The position numbers and the translations under genes were made by a program. The notes under the pieces were generated by a model. It did not search any database. It saw only the letters and a program-made list of their open reading frames with translations, and was not told where the DNA came from. Below are positions 28,196 through 36,459 of a DNA stretch of 64,000 bases, in pieces. Each line of letters starts with the position of its first letter. Positions within the stretch are counted from its first letter, which is position 1. Source of the DNA: Candidatus Amesbacteria bacterium GW2011_GWB1_47_19 (GTDB taxonomy: Bacteria > Patescibacteriota > Microgenomatia > CAZETR01 > Amesbacteraceae); assembly GCA_001002325.1 (NCBI GenBank), contig LCNZ01000002.1:7093-71092 (forward strand), in the 5' to 3' direction.

Positions 28196-29476
28196 ATGGA
28201 GATCGGAATTTTAGGACTTTGGCACCTGGGATGTGTTTACTCTACGGGACTGGCAAAATATGGTTATAAAGTTACGGGGTTCGATACAGATCAGCAAATT
28301 GTAGCCAGGCTCAATAAATCAACCCCACCGGTTTTTGAGCCCAATTTGGTTGAAGAAATTAATAATCATTTAAACAAAAACCTTACCTTCACCAGTGATC
28401 CAATTAAAGCCATAAAGCATAAAAAATATGTTTTCATCACTTTGGATGTTCCGGTAGATAATCATGACAAGTTAATAATTCGACCATTAAATAACCTAAT
28501 CAGATTAGTATTGCTCCATTGTTCTCCTGGTACCGCCGTTGTGGTTTCCAGCCAAGTCCCGGTGGGAACCATGCGAAATTTACATCAAAAACTTATGCAA
28601 AAAAACGGTTCCCTTGGTATATGCTTTCCTGAAAATGTTAGGTTGGGTCAGGCTTTTAAGACATTTCTAAAACCCGATAGGATTGTACTGGGAATCGACG
28701 CAAAATCTTCATTGATTAATTTCAAGAAAGATTTTCCCATATTTAATTGCCCGGCTCTGGATATGAGTTTTGAATCAGCTGAAATGGTAAAACACACTTT
28801 AAATTCTTATTTAGCAGTGATGATCAGCTTTGCCAGCGAAGTATGTGATATTTGCGAATTGATCGGTGCGGATTATTCAAAAGTTCTTTCCGCCCTCAGG
28901 TCGGATTCCCGTGTTAGTCCGTCAGCTCCTTTAAACCCCGGCATCGGTTTTGCCGGAGGCACTATTGGCAGGGATATTCAGGTCTTGAAAAGCATCACGG
29001 CCAAGCTGGATTATTCACCCAAATTAATCAAAACTGCATATCAGGTTAATCAGGATAGACTGGATAAGTTGATAAACAAGACACAATTCTTATTAGGAAA
29101 TATTAAAGGTAAAAATATCGGCCTTTTAGGTCTGACTTACAAACCGGGTACTGACACTCTTCGGCGGTCAAAATCTCTTGAACTTGCGCATAGGCTGATC
29201 AGCAAGGGCGCAGCGGTTAGGGGATACGATCCGGCTATCAAACCGGCAGTAAAATTACCGGTAAAAATTGATGTAGCCGAAAACTTAGCGTCATTTTTCA
29301 ATCAGCTGGACCTGGCGATCACTATGACCCCATGGCTGGAATTTAAAAATATAACTGCAGATGATCTCAAACCTATGAAAAAATATTTGGTGTTGGACGC
29401 CCTAAATATTCTCAGTCCGGACTTGAAAAAACAACTACCCTCTTTAAAATACCTTCGTACCGGAGTAAGTCAATAA
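28196..29476 (+). CDS. Nucleotide-sugar dehydrogenase (UDP-glucose 6-dehydrogenase / UDP-ManNAc dehydrogenase family)
   Basis: MEIGILGLWHLGCVYSTGLA N-terminal Rossmann; central catalytic domain; C-terminal GLTYKPGTDTLRRSKSLEL UDP-binding motif. Start trimmed to the ATG after the upstream stop. Confidence 0.75.
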   Translation: MEIGILGLWHLGCVYSTGLAKYGYKVTGFDTDQQIVARLNKSTPPVFEPNLVEEINNHLNKNLTFTSDPIKAIKHKKYVFITLDVPVDNHDKLIIRPLNNLIRLVLLHCSPGTAVVVSSQVPVGTMRNLHQKLMQKNGSLGICFPENVRLGQAFKTFLKPDRIVLGIDAKSSLINFKKDFPIFNCPALDMSFESAEMVKHTLNSYLAVMISFASEVCDICELIGADYSKVLSALRSDSRVSPSAPLNPGIGFAGGTIGRDIQVLKSITAKLDYSPKLIKTAYQVNQDRLDKLINKTQFLLGNIKGKNIGLLGLTYKPGTDTLRRSKSLELAHRLISKGAAVRGYDPAIKPAVKLPVKIDVAENLASFFNQLDLAITMTPWLEFKNITADDLKPMKKYLVLDALNILSPDLKKQLPSLKYLRTGVSQ

Positions 29477-29481
29477 TTCAA

Positions 29482-30198
29482 TTATTTATCTGATGAATAG
29501 TGATCCCGGGTAAAATTCAAATTGGCTAAATTTCCAGTGTCGTACCATTTCTTAAGTTCGATAGCTTTGAATTTAATTCCCTTATTCACCATTAATTGCA
29601 TTGCTGCACAATCATTTAGCGACGAGTCGTTTGGATTTGCATTATACAATTTTCCCAAAGCGGACCAAAAATCCTTATAATCCTTTAGACCTACTAGTCC
29701 GATGTGAAATAAGTCCCATTCCGATGCCCCCTTGCGATTCATTTGCTTCATATATCCGTCTTTAATGGTAAAAGAACTCAAGTATTTAGTGTTAAATAAC
29801 TCGGGATCCAATCCTTTCGACCCCCCGTTCCAGTTGAATTTTTCCGGTGAAGGAAGGGAACCTTTTATTATCGTGTCGTTGCAGTGGAATATAAAAGGGC
29901 ATTGGAGTTTGTCTTTTGCCCTGAGCATTGAGTAACCTAAACTACTTCCGTCTCCCTGGTATTTATCTACCCATACAAACGTAAATTTCCTTCCCGGATA
30001 GGCTTTTATTAAATAGTCCCTGATCTTATATCCAAAATACCCCAGAGTGATTACAGATTCAATATCTGGAGAATATAGGTCGACTATATAATTTATTACG
30101 GGTCGCTTATTTAATAGAACCAACGATTTGTTGGTTTTGGCTGTCAATTCACCCAATCTGGATCCGGTGCCGGAAGTGGTAATTAATATTTTATACAT
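29482..30198 (-). CDS. Stand-alone nucleotidyltransferase (paralog of the N-terminal domain of 34355-35923)
   Basis: MYKILITTSGTGSRLGELT...LGYFGYKIRDYL...FVWVDKYQGDGSSLGYS...LQCPFIFHCNDTII is colinear with MKYKVLITTSGTGFRMGSL...LGYYGQYVKDFL...FIWVDKYTGRGSSLVYS...LQCPFIYHAGDTLV. Confidence 0.7.
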   Translation of the reverse strand: MYKILITTSGTGSRLGELTAKTNKSLVLLNKRPVINYIVDLYSPDIESVITLGYFGYKIRDYLIKAYPGRKFTFVWVDKYQGDGSSLGYSMLRAKDKLQCPFIFHCNDTIIKGSLPSPEKFNWNGGSKGLDPELFNTKYLSSFTIKDGYMKQMNRKGASEWDLFHIGLVGLKDYKDFWSALGKLYNANPNDSSLNDCAAMQLMVNKGIKFKAIELKKWYDTGNLANLNFTRDHYSSDK

Positions 30199-30332
30199 AA
30201 CAACATAACCTTTATTAGTTTAACACCTGCTCTTAAAGTTGAAGAGGTGATACTGGAAAGGTCTGTCAAAATTATATAAGAGATGCTAATAACAAACCAG
30301 CATTTTACAGACGTCAGCTTGAATCTTATAGC

Positions 30333-30566
30333 ATGACCATAACACAGATTACTGGAGTCGGATCGAATGTTGTCCAGGCAGCTTATGAATTAACGACAAG
30401 ATATTATTCCCAGGGATTAAGAGGTTATGAGCTTTTAGGCACAGTAAAAAGTAATATATTACGTCAACAGATAAAACGTCGCGGTAATCACAATTTAGAC
30501 CCTGACACAAATGATGTTATCCGACAGATTTTTGACGAGGTTTTAGATCAGGCACGGGGTAAATAA
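30333..30566 (+). CDS. Small hypothetical protein (77 aa)
   Basis: Isolated ORF preceded by a 134-bp AT-rich intergenic region; no recognisable motif. Confidence 0.35.
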   Translation: MTITQITGVGSNVVQAAYELTTRYYSQGLRGYELLGTVKSNILRQQIKRRGNHNLDPDTNDVIRQIFDEVLDQARGK

Positions 30567-30574
30567 TTTTGTCT

Positions 30575-31258
30575 TTATATTCGATTCAAAAAATTCCAGG
30601 TGTTTTCGGCATTTACAGACCCGACCGTCATTTGTAAAGGTTTAAAGCGCAAGGCAGGACGAATTCCGCTCATTTTGTAATATTGGGTCATATTACTCTC
30701 GTCTGGTAATTTTGTAAGTCTGGCAACAGAAATATGCAGAATATTAGTCAAGGGCAAGGGAGAGAATCCTTCTCGTATACCATCACTAGATACGGTTTCC
30801 CTAGCACTTAATATCACTTGCGGAATATTTGTGGCCGCTATAACAGTATTCCCGCCTTTATCCACGAACATATAGTCAAAACTAAGGGTTAACCCTGGAA
30901 GACGCCTTATATTGTTTTCACCCAAAATTATTTTTCTCATCTTCTCTTCCTTCTCGGGTATTACTGCATCCTCCCTTTTTATCTCAAGCACGGTTGAGTG
31001 TAATGGGAAGTCTATACCAGCCATAAACAATTCTGCCCCCGTTGACTCTGCCACCTTTTGCAAAGGTTCAGTAATCCGCTTTAAAAACTCCTGCTGAGAA
31101 CTCTCATCAAAAGTAAGAGTGATACCAAATCTTTTTCTCAACTCTTCTTCTGGAAAAGATTTAAATTCCACAAACTCGCCCTGCAATGCACCCTGGTAGC
31201 CGAGTCTTGCATTTCCAATATATTTTACAATTGTCGGTAATCTAGTAATTGTTTCCAT
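30575..31258 (-). CDS. 2H-phosphoesterase-superfamily protein (LigT/cyclic phosphodiesterase-like)
   Basis: Two H-x-[TS]-x motifs about 90 aa apart: FPLHSTVL and ILHISVAR. The track start is a TTG at 31294; internal ATG (METITRL) at 31258 is preferred. Confidence 0.5.
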   Translation of the reverse strand: METITRLPTIVKYIGNARLGYQGALQGEFVEFKSFPEEELRKRFGITLTFDESSQQEFLKRITEPLQKVAESTGAELFMAGIDFPLHSTVLEIKREDAVIPEKEEKMRKIILGENNIRRLPGLTLSFDYMFVDKGGNTVIAATNIPQVILSARETVSSDGIREGFSPLPLTNILHISVARLTKLPDESNMTQYYKMSGIRPALRFKPLQMTVGSVNAENTWNFLNRI

Positions 31259-31265
31259 CGGCCGT

Positions 31266-31294
31266 ATTGTACTAAGCAATTTAATAAAATGCAA
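31266..31294 (-). promoter_or_regulatory. Sigma70-like promoter candidate TTGCAT-17-TACAAT (minus strand) for the 2H-phosphoesterase gene
   Basis: The -35 abuts the repeat copy; the -10 lies only about 7 nt from the ATG, so the transcript would be near-leaderless. Confidence 0.35.
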
Positions 31295-31363
31295 ACTTAC
31301 GTTGTATTTTCCTTTAATACCAAACTTCCAAAAAGAATAAAATATGGAAGTGAATTAGGCTTG
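31294..31363. repeat. Copy 1 of about 70-bp direct repeat containing a 7-bp inverted repeat (ACTTCCA N13 TGGAAGT)
   Basis: aacttacgttgtattttcctttaataccaaacttccaaaaagaataaaatatggaagtgaattaggcttg; about 85% identical to 31766-31837. Confidence 0.8.
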
Positions 31364-31444
31364 AAGTGGATAGGGATACAGTTCACCTTTGAACCCTTGG
31401 GATAATGTGCTACCCCTTAGGTTTAATTGGCATGATTTTTTTAG

Positions 31445-31726
31445 CTAATCCAGATGATGTTTATACGCTCTCATGTCACGGGTTTTGACACCTCTAACCG
31501 CTGCTTTCCTGATTTGACGGTTGCGTTCACTAAAGTTCTCATCAATCCCGTCTTTTATTGCACCTCGTTCGACGATTTCTTCCATCGGACCGTCCGAGTC
31601 ACCATATGCACTCCGGGCAACTAAATTCGCTAACATATTTCCAAAAATCCGAAGCGTAGCATCAACCATGATTAACGGAATCATCAACATACAACCACTC
31701 TTCTCTGGGTTTTCTCGGCTAGCCAT
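31445..31726 (-). CDS. Small hypothetical protein (93 aa), basic C-terminus
   Basis: ATG start; flanked on both sides by the two copies of the about 70-bp repeat; no recognisable motif. Confidence 0.35.
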   Translation of the reverse strand: MASRENPEKSGCMLMIPLIMVDATLRIFGNMLANLVARSAYGDSDGPMEEIVERGAIKDGIDENFSERNRQIRKAAVRGVKTRDMRAYKHHLD

Positions 31727-31738
31727 ATTACTAAATGG

Positions 31739-31767
31739 ATTTTATCACATTATAAGACTATATACAA
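31739..31767 (-). promoter_or_regulatory. Sigma70-like promoter candidate TTGTAT-17-TAAAAT (minus strand) for the 93-aa ORF
   Basis: Same geometry as the site upstream of 30575-31258: the -35 overlaps the first 2 nt of repeat copy 2, and the -10 is 12 nt from the ATG. Confidence 0.35.
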
Positions 31768-31837
31768 CTTACGTTGTATTTTCCTATAATACCCGACTTC
31801 CGAAAAAAGAATATAATCTGGAAGTGAATTAAGCTTG
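31766..31837. repeat. Copy 2 of the about 70-bp direct repeat
   Basis: aacttacgttgtattttcctataatacccgacttccgaaaaaagaatataatctggaagtgaattaagcttg. Confidence 0.8.
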
Positions 31838-32074
31838 GCCGGAGTCGATTACCCCGCTCACTCTACAGTATTAGAATTTCAAGATTCCGACCAGTCGGTT
31901 TCACCCCAAACCTCAGAAGCCTTAAAAAAAGCTACTTCTTCCACCAGGCTTTCATTAGAGAGAATACCCTTGAGCCGTTTCCAGCATCCCTGAAGAAATT
32001 ACTCGGGCCGGCGACAACCTGGTTGCCATTGGAAATACTCAACAATTAGATCCTCTCCGTAACCTGGGACTTCC

Positions 32075-32992
32075 TCACCGGACCCCAACCCTGAAATCAA
32101 CATATCCGCGATAACACTCCTGAGCTAGAGTTAAAAGCTTCCCATGTATATCCGGATTGCAGGCACCGATAGCCACAGACTTCGTCTCCGCGGTGACCGG
32201 GTTATCTTCTAAATCTGTAGCCACTCCGCCGGCCTGTTCAGTCGCAAAGGCCCCGCATCTCACATCCCACTCACCTCCGATTGCGTGCGTAATCCAAGCG
32301 TGTCCTCTGGTAATAGCCTGACGTTGATTATTCACATTGCTGCCGGCCGACAATAAACTAATATCCGCGTCTAAAATATCCGGCAATCTGGCAATCATCG
32401 CCGAGTAGGGCCCGGCTGTAGTCGTTCGCAAAGTAGTATCCATAAATACGGTCGCCCTTTTTTTGTCCGGTTGCGGCATATGAACTTTCTCAATATGTTC
32501 CCCAGTGGGTATTAGTTTTTCATCTAGACCTACCTGGTATACCAAGCCTGTTTGACAAACTAATAACTCGCGCGAAAAAGGATCACAAATTGCACCCGCC
32601 AGAGGGCAGCCGTTTTCTTCTACAATCACTGTAGTTGTAGAGCCGGCAAGCCCGCCCTTATAAATACCGGTTCCATCCAGCGGATCAAAGATCCACCTTC
32701 GCCTACTTTCGCTTTTGCCTGAAGTACCTGATTCTTCTCCGGTAATTAAATCATGAGGGTATTTGTTAGTAATAATGTTTGCAATAACCGCCTCTGAAAT
32801 TCGATCTGCCTTTGTTTGCCACGTATTATCATGAGTCTTCAAAATCGCCACTAAATCTCCTGACCGGTGAAAACGCACTAATTTACGGCCACCCAAGATA
32901 GCCGCTTCAGCACAGACGATCGCATCTTTAGAAAATCCTAAATTCGTCAGTAACTCAGTTGGTCTGGCTTCTTCTTCCCTTAAGTTTCGCAC
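32075..32992 (-). CDS. Inositol monophosphatase-family phosphatase (second copy)
   Basis: WIFDPLDGTGIYKGG and GEWDVRCGAFATEQAGGVATDLEDNP motifs. Confidence 0.75.
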   Translation of the reverse strand: MRNLREEEARPTELLTNLGFSKDAIVCAEAAILGGRKLVRFHRSGDLVAILKTHDNTWQTKADRISEAVIANIITNKYPHDLITGEESGTSGKSESRRRWIFDPLDGTGIYKGGLAGSTTTVIVEENGCPLAGAICDPFSRELLVCQTGLVYQVGLDEKLIPTGEHIEKVHMPQPDKKRATVFMDTTLRTTTAGPYSAMIARLPDILDADISLLSAGSNVNNQRQAITRGHAWITHAIGGEWDVRCGAFATEQAGGVATDLEDNPVTAETKSVAIGACNPDIHGKLLTLAQECYRGYVDFRVGVR

Positions 32993-32993
32993 A

Positions 32994-33629
32994 GTGGAAA
33001 GGATTATATCACACTATAAGTTTAGTATACTTATTATTTATACCCCGGAAAGTAATCGTGATACAATCGATTCTATGGTCAAACCCCGGACCAGATTAAT
33101 ACTCAAAGAGATTAAACAGGTCCTAGATCACGTCGATGAGAAACAAGCCATAGATTTTATTAATGTCATTTTAAGTGCCAGGAGAATCGTTGTTTGTGGC
33201 GCGGGCAGAGTCGGAATTGCAACCAGTGCATTCGGTATGCGCTTATCACAATTAGGTTTGTCCGCCTTTAGTATAGGAGACAGTAATGTGCCCAGTATCG
33301 GTAAGCGGGATGTCTTACTAACCGCATCAGGTTCGGGAGAAACACAAACCATAATCGATATCACCTCAAGAGCAAAACAAAATGAGGTAAAAATCGCCTT
33401 AATAACAGCTAGCCCCAAATCAAGACTTGCCCAGATGGCTGATTGCATACTCATACTCAACTCCCCGACAAAATATAGCGATCATAAAAGTATTGAAACC
33501 AAACAGCCAATGACTGCACTAAATGAACAATGTCTCTGGATATTTTATGATTCTTTAGTTCTAGAACTCATGGAAATTATGGGTGAAACTAGTCAAAGTA
33601 TGTGGGCTAGACACTCGACTTTAGAATAA
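32994..33629 (+). CDS. SIS-domain sugar-phosphate isomerase (PHI/HxlB-like or SIS-only arabinose-5-P isomerase)
   Basis: RIVVCGAGRVGIATSAFGMRL...DVLLTASGSGETQ...KIALITASPKS, a single SIS domain with no CBS pair. Confidence 0.7.
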   Translation: MERIISHYKFSILIIYTPESNRDTIDSMVKPRTRLILKEIKQVLDHVDEKQAIDFINVILSARRIVVCGAGRVGIATSAFGMRLSQLGLSAFSIGDSNVPSIGKRDVLLTASGSGETQTIIDITSRAKQNEVKIALITASPKSRLAQMADCILILNSPTKYSDHKSIETKQPMTALNEQCLWIFYDSLVLELMEIMGETSQSMWARHSTLE

Positions 33630-33656
33630 AAAATTATTGTTATAATTATTAAACAA

Positions 33657-34358
33657 ATGAATAAATCATTAAAAGTAAAAACTTCGGACAGGAATTATTG
33701 GCTATCTGCTTCTTTGATTTGCGCAGATGTCAACAATCTTGCGGATGATGTAAGAATATTGGAACTATCGGGTATGGACTTTTTACACATTGACGTTATG
33801 GATGGCATGTTCGTTCCCCGATTCGGCATGTTTCCCGAACAGGTCGCCGGTATCAGGAAAATCTCTTCACTTCCGATGGATCTTCATTTAATGGTAGAAA
33901 ATCCGGAGCCTTACTTTGAAACGTTTCGTGATGCCGGCGTTGATTATATAAGTGTGCATGTTGAAGTTTGTAGGCATTTAAATCGCACGGTTTCTCTCAT
34001 CAAAAAGTTAGGCTGCAAAGCCGGATTAGCAATTAACCCTGCTACTCCAATTGAATTTCTGCCATATGTCCTGGATGATATCAAAATGATTAATCTTATG
34101 GGTATAAATCCTGGCATAGTAGGTCATAAGTTAATCGGGTTTACTTATGAAAAAATTCGTAGATTAAAATCAATTGTCGGCGAGCGGGATATTTTCATCG
34201 AGATTGATGGAGGTGTTACAACCGAATCCGCTTCCGAGATGATTCAAGCCGGTGCGAACATGTTAGTGTGTGGTTCGTCAACTGTCTTTAGAAAAGAAAT
34301 GTCTATCACCAAGGCAATTGAATCATTAAGGGTAAATATCGAAAAGTCCATTAAATGA
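33657..34358 (+). CDS. Ribulose-phosphate 3-epimerase-family protein (Rpe-like)
   Basis: LHIDVMDGMFVPRFG, DLHLMV, INPG..G, EIDGGV, VCGSS: the Rpe catalytic His/Asp pattern on a ribulose-phosphate-binding barrel. Confidence 0.75.
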   Translation: MNKSLKVKTSDRNYWLSASLICADVNNLADDVRILELSGMDFLHIDVMDGMFVPRFGMFPEQVAGIRKISSLPMDLHLMVENPEPYFETFRDAGVDYISVHVEVCRHLNRTVSLIKKLGCKAGLAINPATPIEFLPYVLDDIKMINLMGINPGIVGHKLIGFTYEKIRRLKSIVGERDIFIEIDGGVTTESASEMIQAGANMLVCGSSTVFRKEMSITKAIESLRVNIEKSIK

Positions 34359-35923
34359 AATATAAAGTTTTGATAACCACTTCTGGTACGGGGTTTAGGA
34401 TGGGTAGTTTGGTCGAAGATACAAACCAAACCCTTATAAAAGTCGGCGAAAAACCTATTTTGTCCCGCATAGTTGAATCCTACCCCCAAAATATTACTTT
34501 GGTGATCACACTGGGCTATTACGGTCAATACGTCAAGGACTTCTTGGAAATTGCGTATCCGGATAGAAAGTTTGAATTTATATGGGTTGATAAATACACC
34601 GGTAGGGGTAGCAGTTTAGTCTATTCAATATCAAAAGCTTCTGCCAAGCTTCAATGCCCGTTTATTTATCACGCGGGTGATACATTAGTCAAAGAAACGA
34701 TTCCGCCACCAAATGCTAACTGGAATGGGGGAATGCTTAATTTAAATCTTTCACAATATCGCTCTTTCGACATCCTTAAAGATAAGGTAGTTAAGTTTTA
34801 CGATAAAGGTGTGGATGATACAGATTATGTTCACATCGGTCTATTAGGTATCAAAGATTATGAATTATTTTGGAAAAGTTTGAGATCAATTCTAAAAGCA
34901 AGCAATCCTGATATCACTTACTTAAGTGATGTTCATGTTTTAGCAAAAATGCTGGAGTTAGGTACCGAGTTTAAATTAGAGAAATATGAAACCTGGCACG
35001 ATGTTGGTTATCCTGAAGGATTATATAAAGCCAGAGTTGATTATAGAGATAAATATACCGTCCTAGACAAAAAGAGTGAAGCCATATATTTCGTCGGTAA
35101 TAAAGTTATAAAATTTTTTTCAGAATCAAATGTAGTCAGTGATCGGATAAAACGGGCAGAGTTATTATCTGGTTTAGTACCTAAAATTGTTAACGAGAGA
35201 TCTAACTTCTATGCATATTCATATGTAAAAGGTGATTTATTTGCAAATATTGTAAACAAAAATAATTTTTTGGATTTATTAAAATGGGCGTCTAAATATT
35301 TATGGCAGCCGCTGAAAGATTTAGACAAAAATGAATTCGTAAAAGCTTGTATCAAATTCTACAAAGAAAAAACATATGAGCGGGTAAAAATGTATCTTAA
35401 AAAGAAAATAATTAACGATAAAGCAGATAGAATTAACGGATTAGACACTCCATCAATTTCGGATGTTTTATCAAAAGTGGATTTTATTGAAATATGTCAG
35501 ACCGAACCATACAGATTTCATGGAGACTTTATTCTGGATAATATATTAAAAACTGAAAATGGATTTTGTCTACTGGATTGGAGACAGGATTTCGGTGGTA
35601 GAATCGATATGGGAGATCGCTATTATGATTTGAGTAAGTTGAGCCATAATTTATTAGTCAATCATCGAAAAGTAAATGGACATCAATTCAAAATAATAGA
35701 ACAGGATCGTGATATTACCTGTGAGGTTGAAAGAGAACAGAGATTTATAGATTGTGAAAATATACTTTTTGACTTCATTAATCAAAATAATTACAATGCT
35801 CGGCGGGTTAAAGTATTAAGAGGTATAATTTGGTTGAATATGTCACCTTTACATGAACCTCCTCTCGATGACTTTTTATATTATTTTGGTAAATATCATC
35901 TTTGGAAGAGCCTGAATGAATAA
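34355..35923 (+). CDS. Bifunctional nucleotidyltransferase (N-terminal) / APH-ChoK-type kinase (C-terminal) fusion
   Basis: N-terminal VLITTSGTGFRMG NTP-transferase fold (paralog of 29482-30198). C-terminal FHGDFILDNIL (Brenner HxDxxxxN catalytic loop) and LLDWRQDFGGRIDMGDRYYDL (DFG-like Mg-binding D) of aminoglycoside/choline/sugar-1-kinase family. Confidence 0.7.
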   Translation: MKYKVLITTSGTGFRMGSLVEDTNQTLIKVGEKPILSRIVESYPQNITLVITLGYYGQYVKDFLEIAYPDRKFEFIWVDKYTGRGSSLVYSISKASAKLQCPFIYHAGDTLVKETIPPPNANWNGGMLNLNLSQYRSFDILKDKVVKFYDKGVDDTDYVHIGLLGIKDYELFWKSLRSILKASNPDITYLSDVHVLAKMLELGTEFKLEKYETWHDVGYPEGLYKARVDYRDKYTVLDKKSEAIYFVGNKVIKFFSESNVVSDRIKRAELLSGLVPKIVNERSNFYAYSYVKGDLFANIVNKNNFLDLLKWASKYLWQPLKDLDKNEFVKACIKFYKEKTYERVKMYLKKKIINDKADRINGLDTPSISDVLSKVDFIEICQTEPYRFHGDFILDNILKTENGFCLLDWRQDFGGRIDMGDRYYDLSKLSHNLLVNHRKVNGHQFKIIEQDRDITCEVEREQRFIDCENILFDFINQNNYNARRVKVLRGIIWLNMSPLHEPPLDDFLYYFGKYHLWKSLNE

Positions 35924-36443
35924 AATGAAAAACTTTATTATCGATGTCGACGGAGTGTTGACTGACGGCCAGTTCCATTACTCAGCAGAAGGAAAAATAA
36001 TGAAAGTATTTGGTCCAGACGACGCCGACGCTTTAGCCCTACTTAAAGAAAAAATGTATATCCATATGATATCCGGCGATAAAAGAGGCTTTCCCATAAC
36101 CAAAAAAAGGGTAGCCGAAGACATGAAATTCCCACTGAATCTGGTAAGTACCTTTGAGAGGATAGAATGGATAAAAAATAAATTTAATCCCAGCGAGACC
36201 ATCTATATTGGAGACGGTATTTACGACGCCTTAGTTTTTAAAGAGGTAGGCTACTCAATAGCTGTTGCCAACGCTTGTGACATTGCCAAAAAATATGCTG
36301 ACTTCGTTACGGTTAGAAAAGGCGCGGAAGGGGCGGTAGCTGAAGCGGCCTTACATATTATGGACAAGTTCTTTGAACCGATAGATTTAAATAATTTGAA
36401 ACCAAAACACGGTTCAGGCGTCTGGAAATCTGGCAAACAGTAA
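35916..36443 (+). CDS. HAD-IIIA KdsC-family sugar-phosphate phosphatase
   Basis: FIIDVDGVLTDG, ISGDKR, YIGDGIYD, VRKGAEGAVAEA align with the E. coli KdsC motifs LDVDGVLSDG / ITGRK / YVGDDLID / GGRGAVRE. Confidence 0.75.
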   Translation: MNKMKNFIIDVDGVLTDGQFHYSAEGKIMKVFGPDDADALALLKEKMYIHMISGDKRGFPITKKRVAEDMKFPLNLVSTFERIEWIKNKFNPSETIYIGDGIYDALVFKEVGYSIAVANACDIAKKYADFVTVRKGAEGAVAEAALHIMDKFFEPIDLNNLKPKHGSGVWKSGKQ

Positions 36444-36459
36444 ATCACGGGAAACGGTT

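Noticed and set aside
31771-31793. Plus-strand TTGTAT...TATAAT inside repeat copy 2 as a promoter
   Set aside because: Spacing between the hexamers is only 6 nt, incompatible with sigma70 geometry. The minus-strand hexamer pair with 17-nt spacing is the better candidate.
31294-31837. Possible minimal CRISPR array or integrative-element att sites
   Set aside because: Only two repeat copies about 70 bp long with a 472-bp spacer containing a gene; no cas genes, no integrase/recombinase, and no tRNA nearby. Interpreted as a duplicated regulatory element instead.
31843-32075. tRNA/ncRNA or pseudogene in the 230-bp ORF-free stretch
   Set aside because: No cloverleaf-compatible stems or conserved T-loop (GTTCRANYC) found by eye. 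A 46-codon stop-to-stop protein-like frame exists but lacks a start and any recognisable motif. Left as unexplained non-coding DNA.
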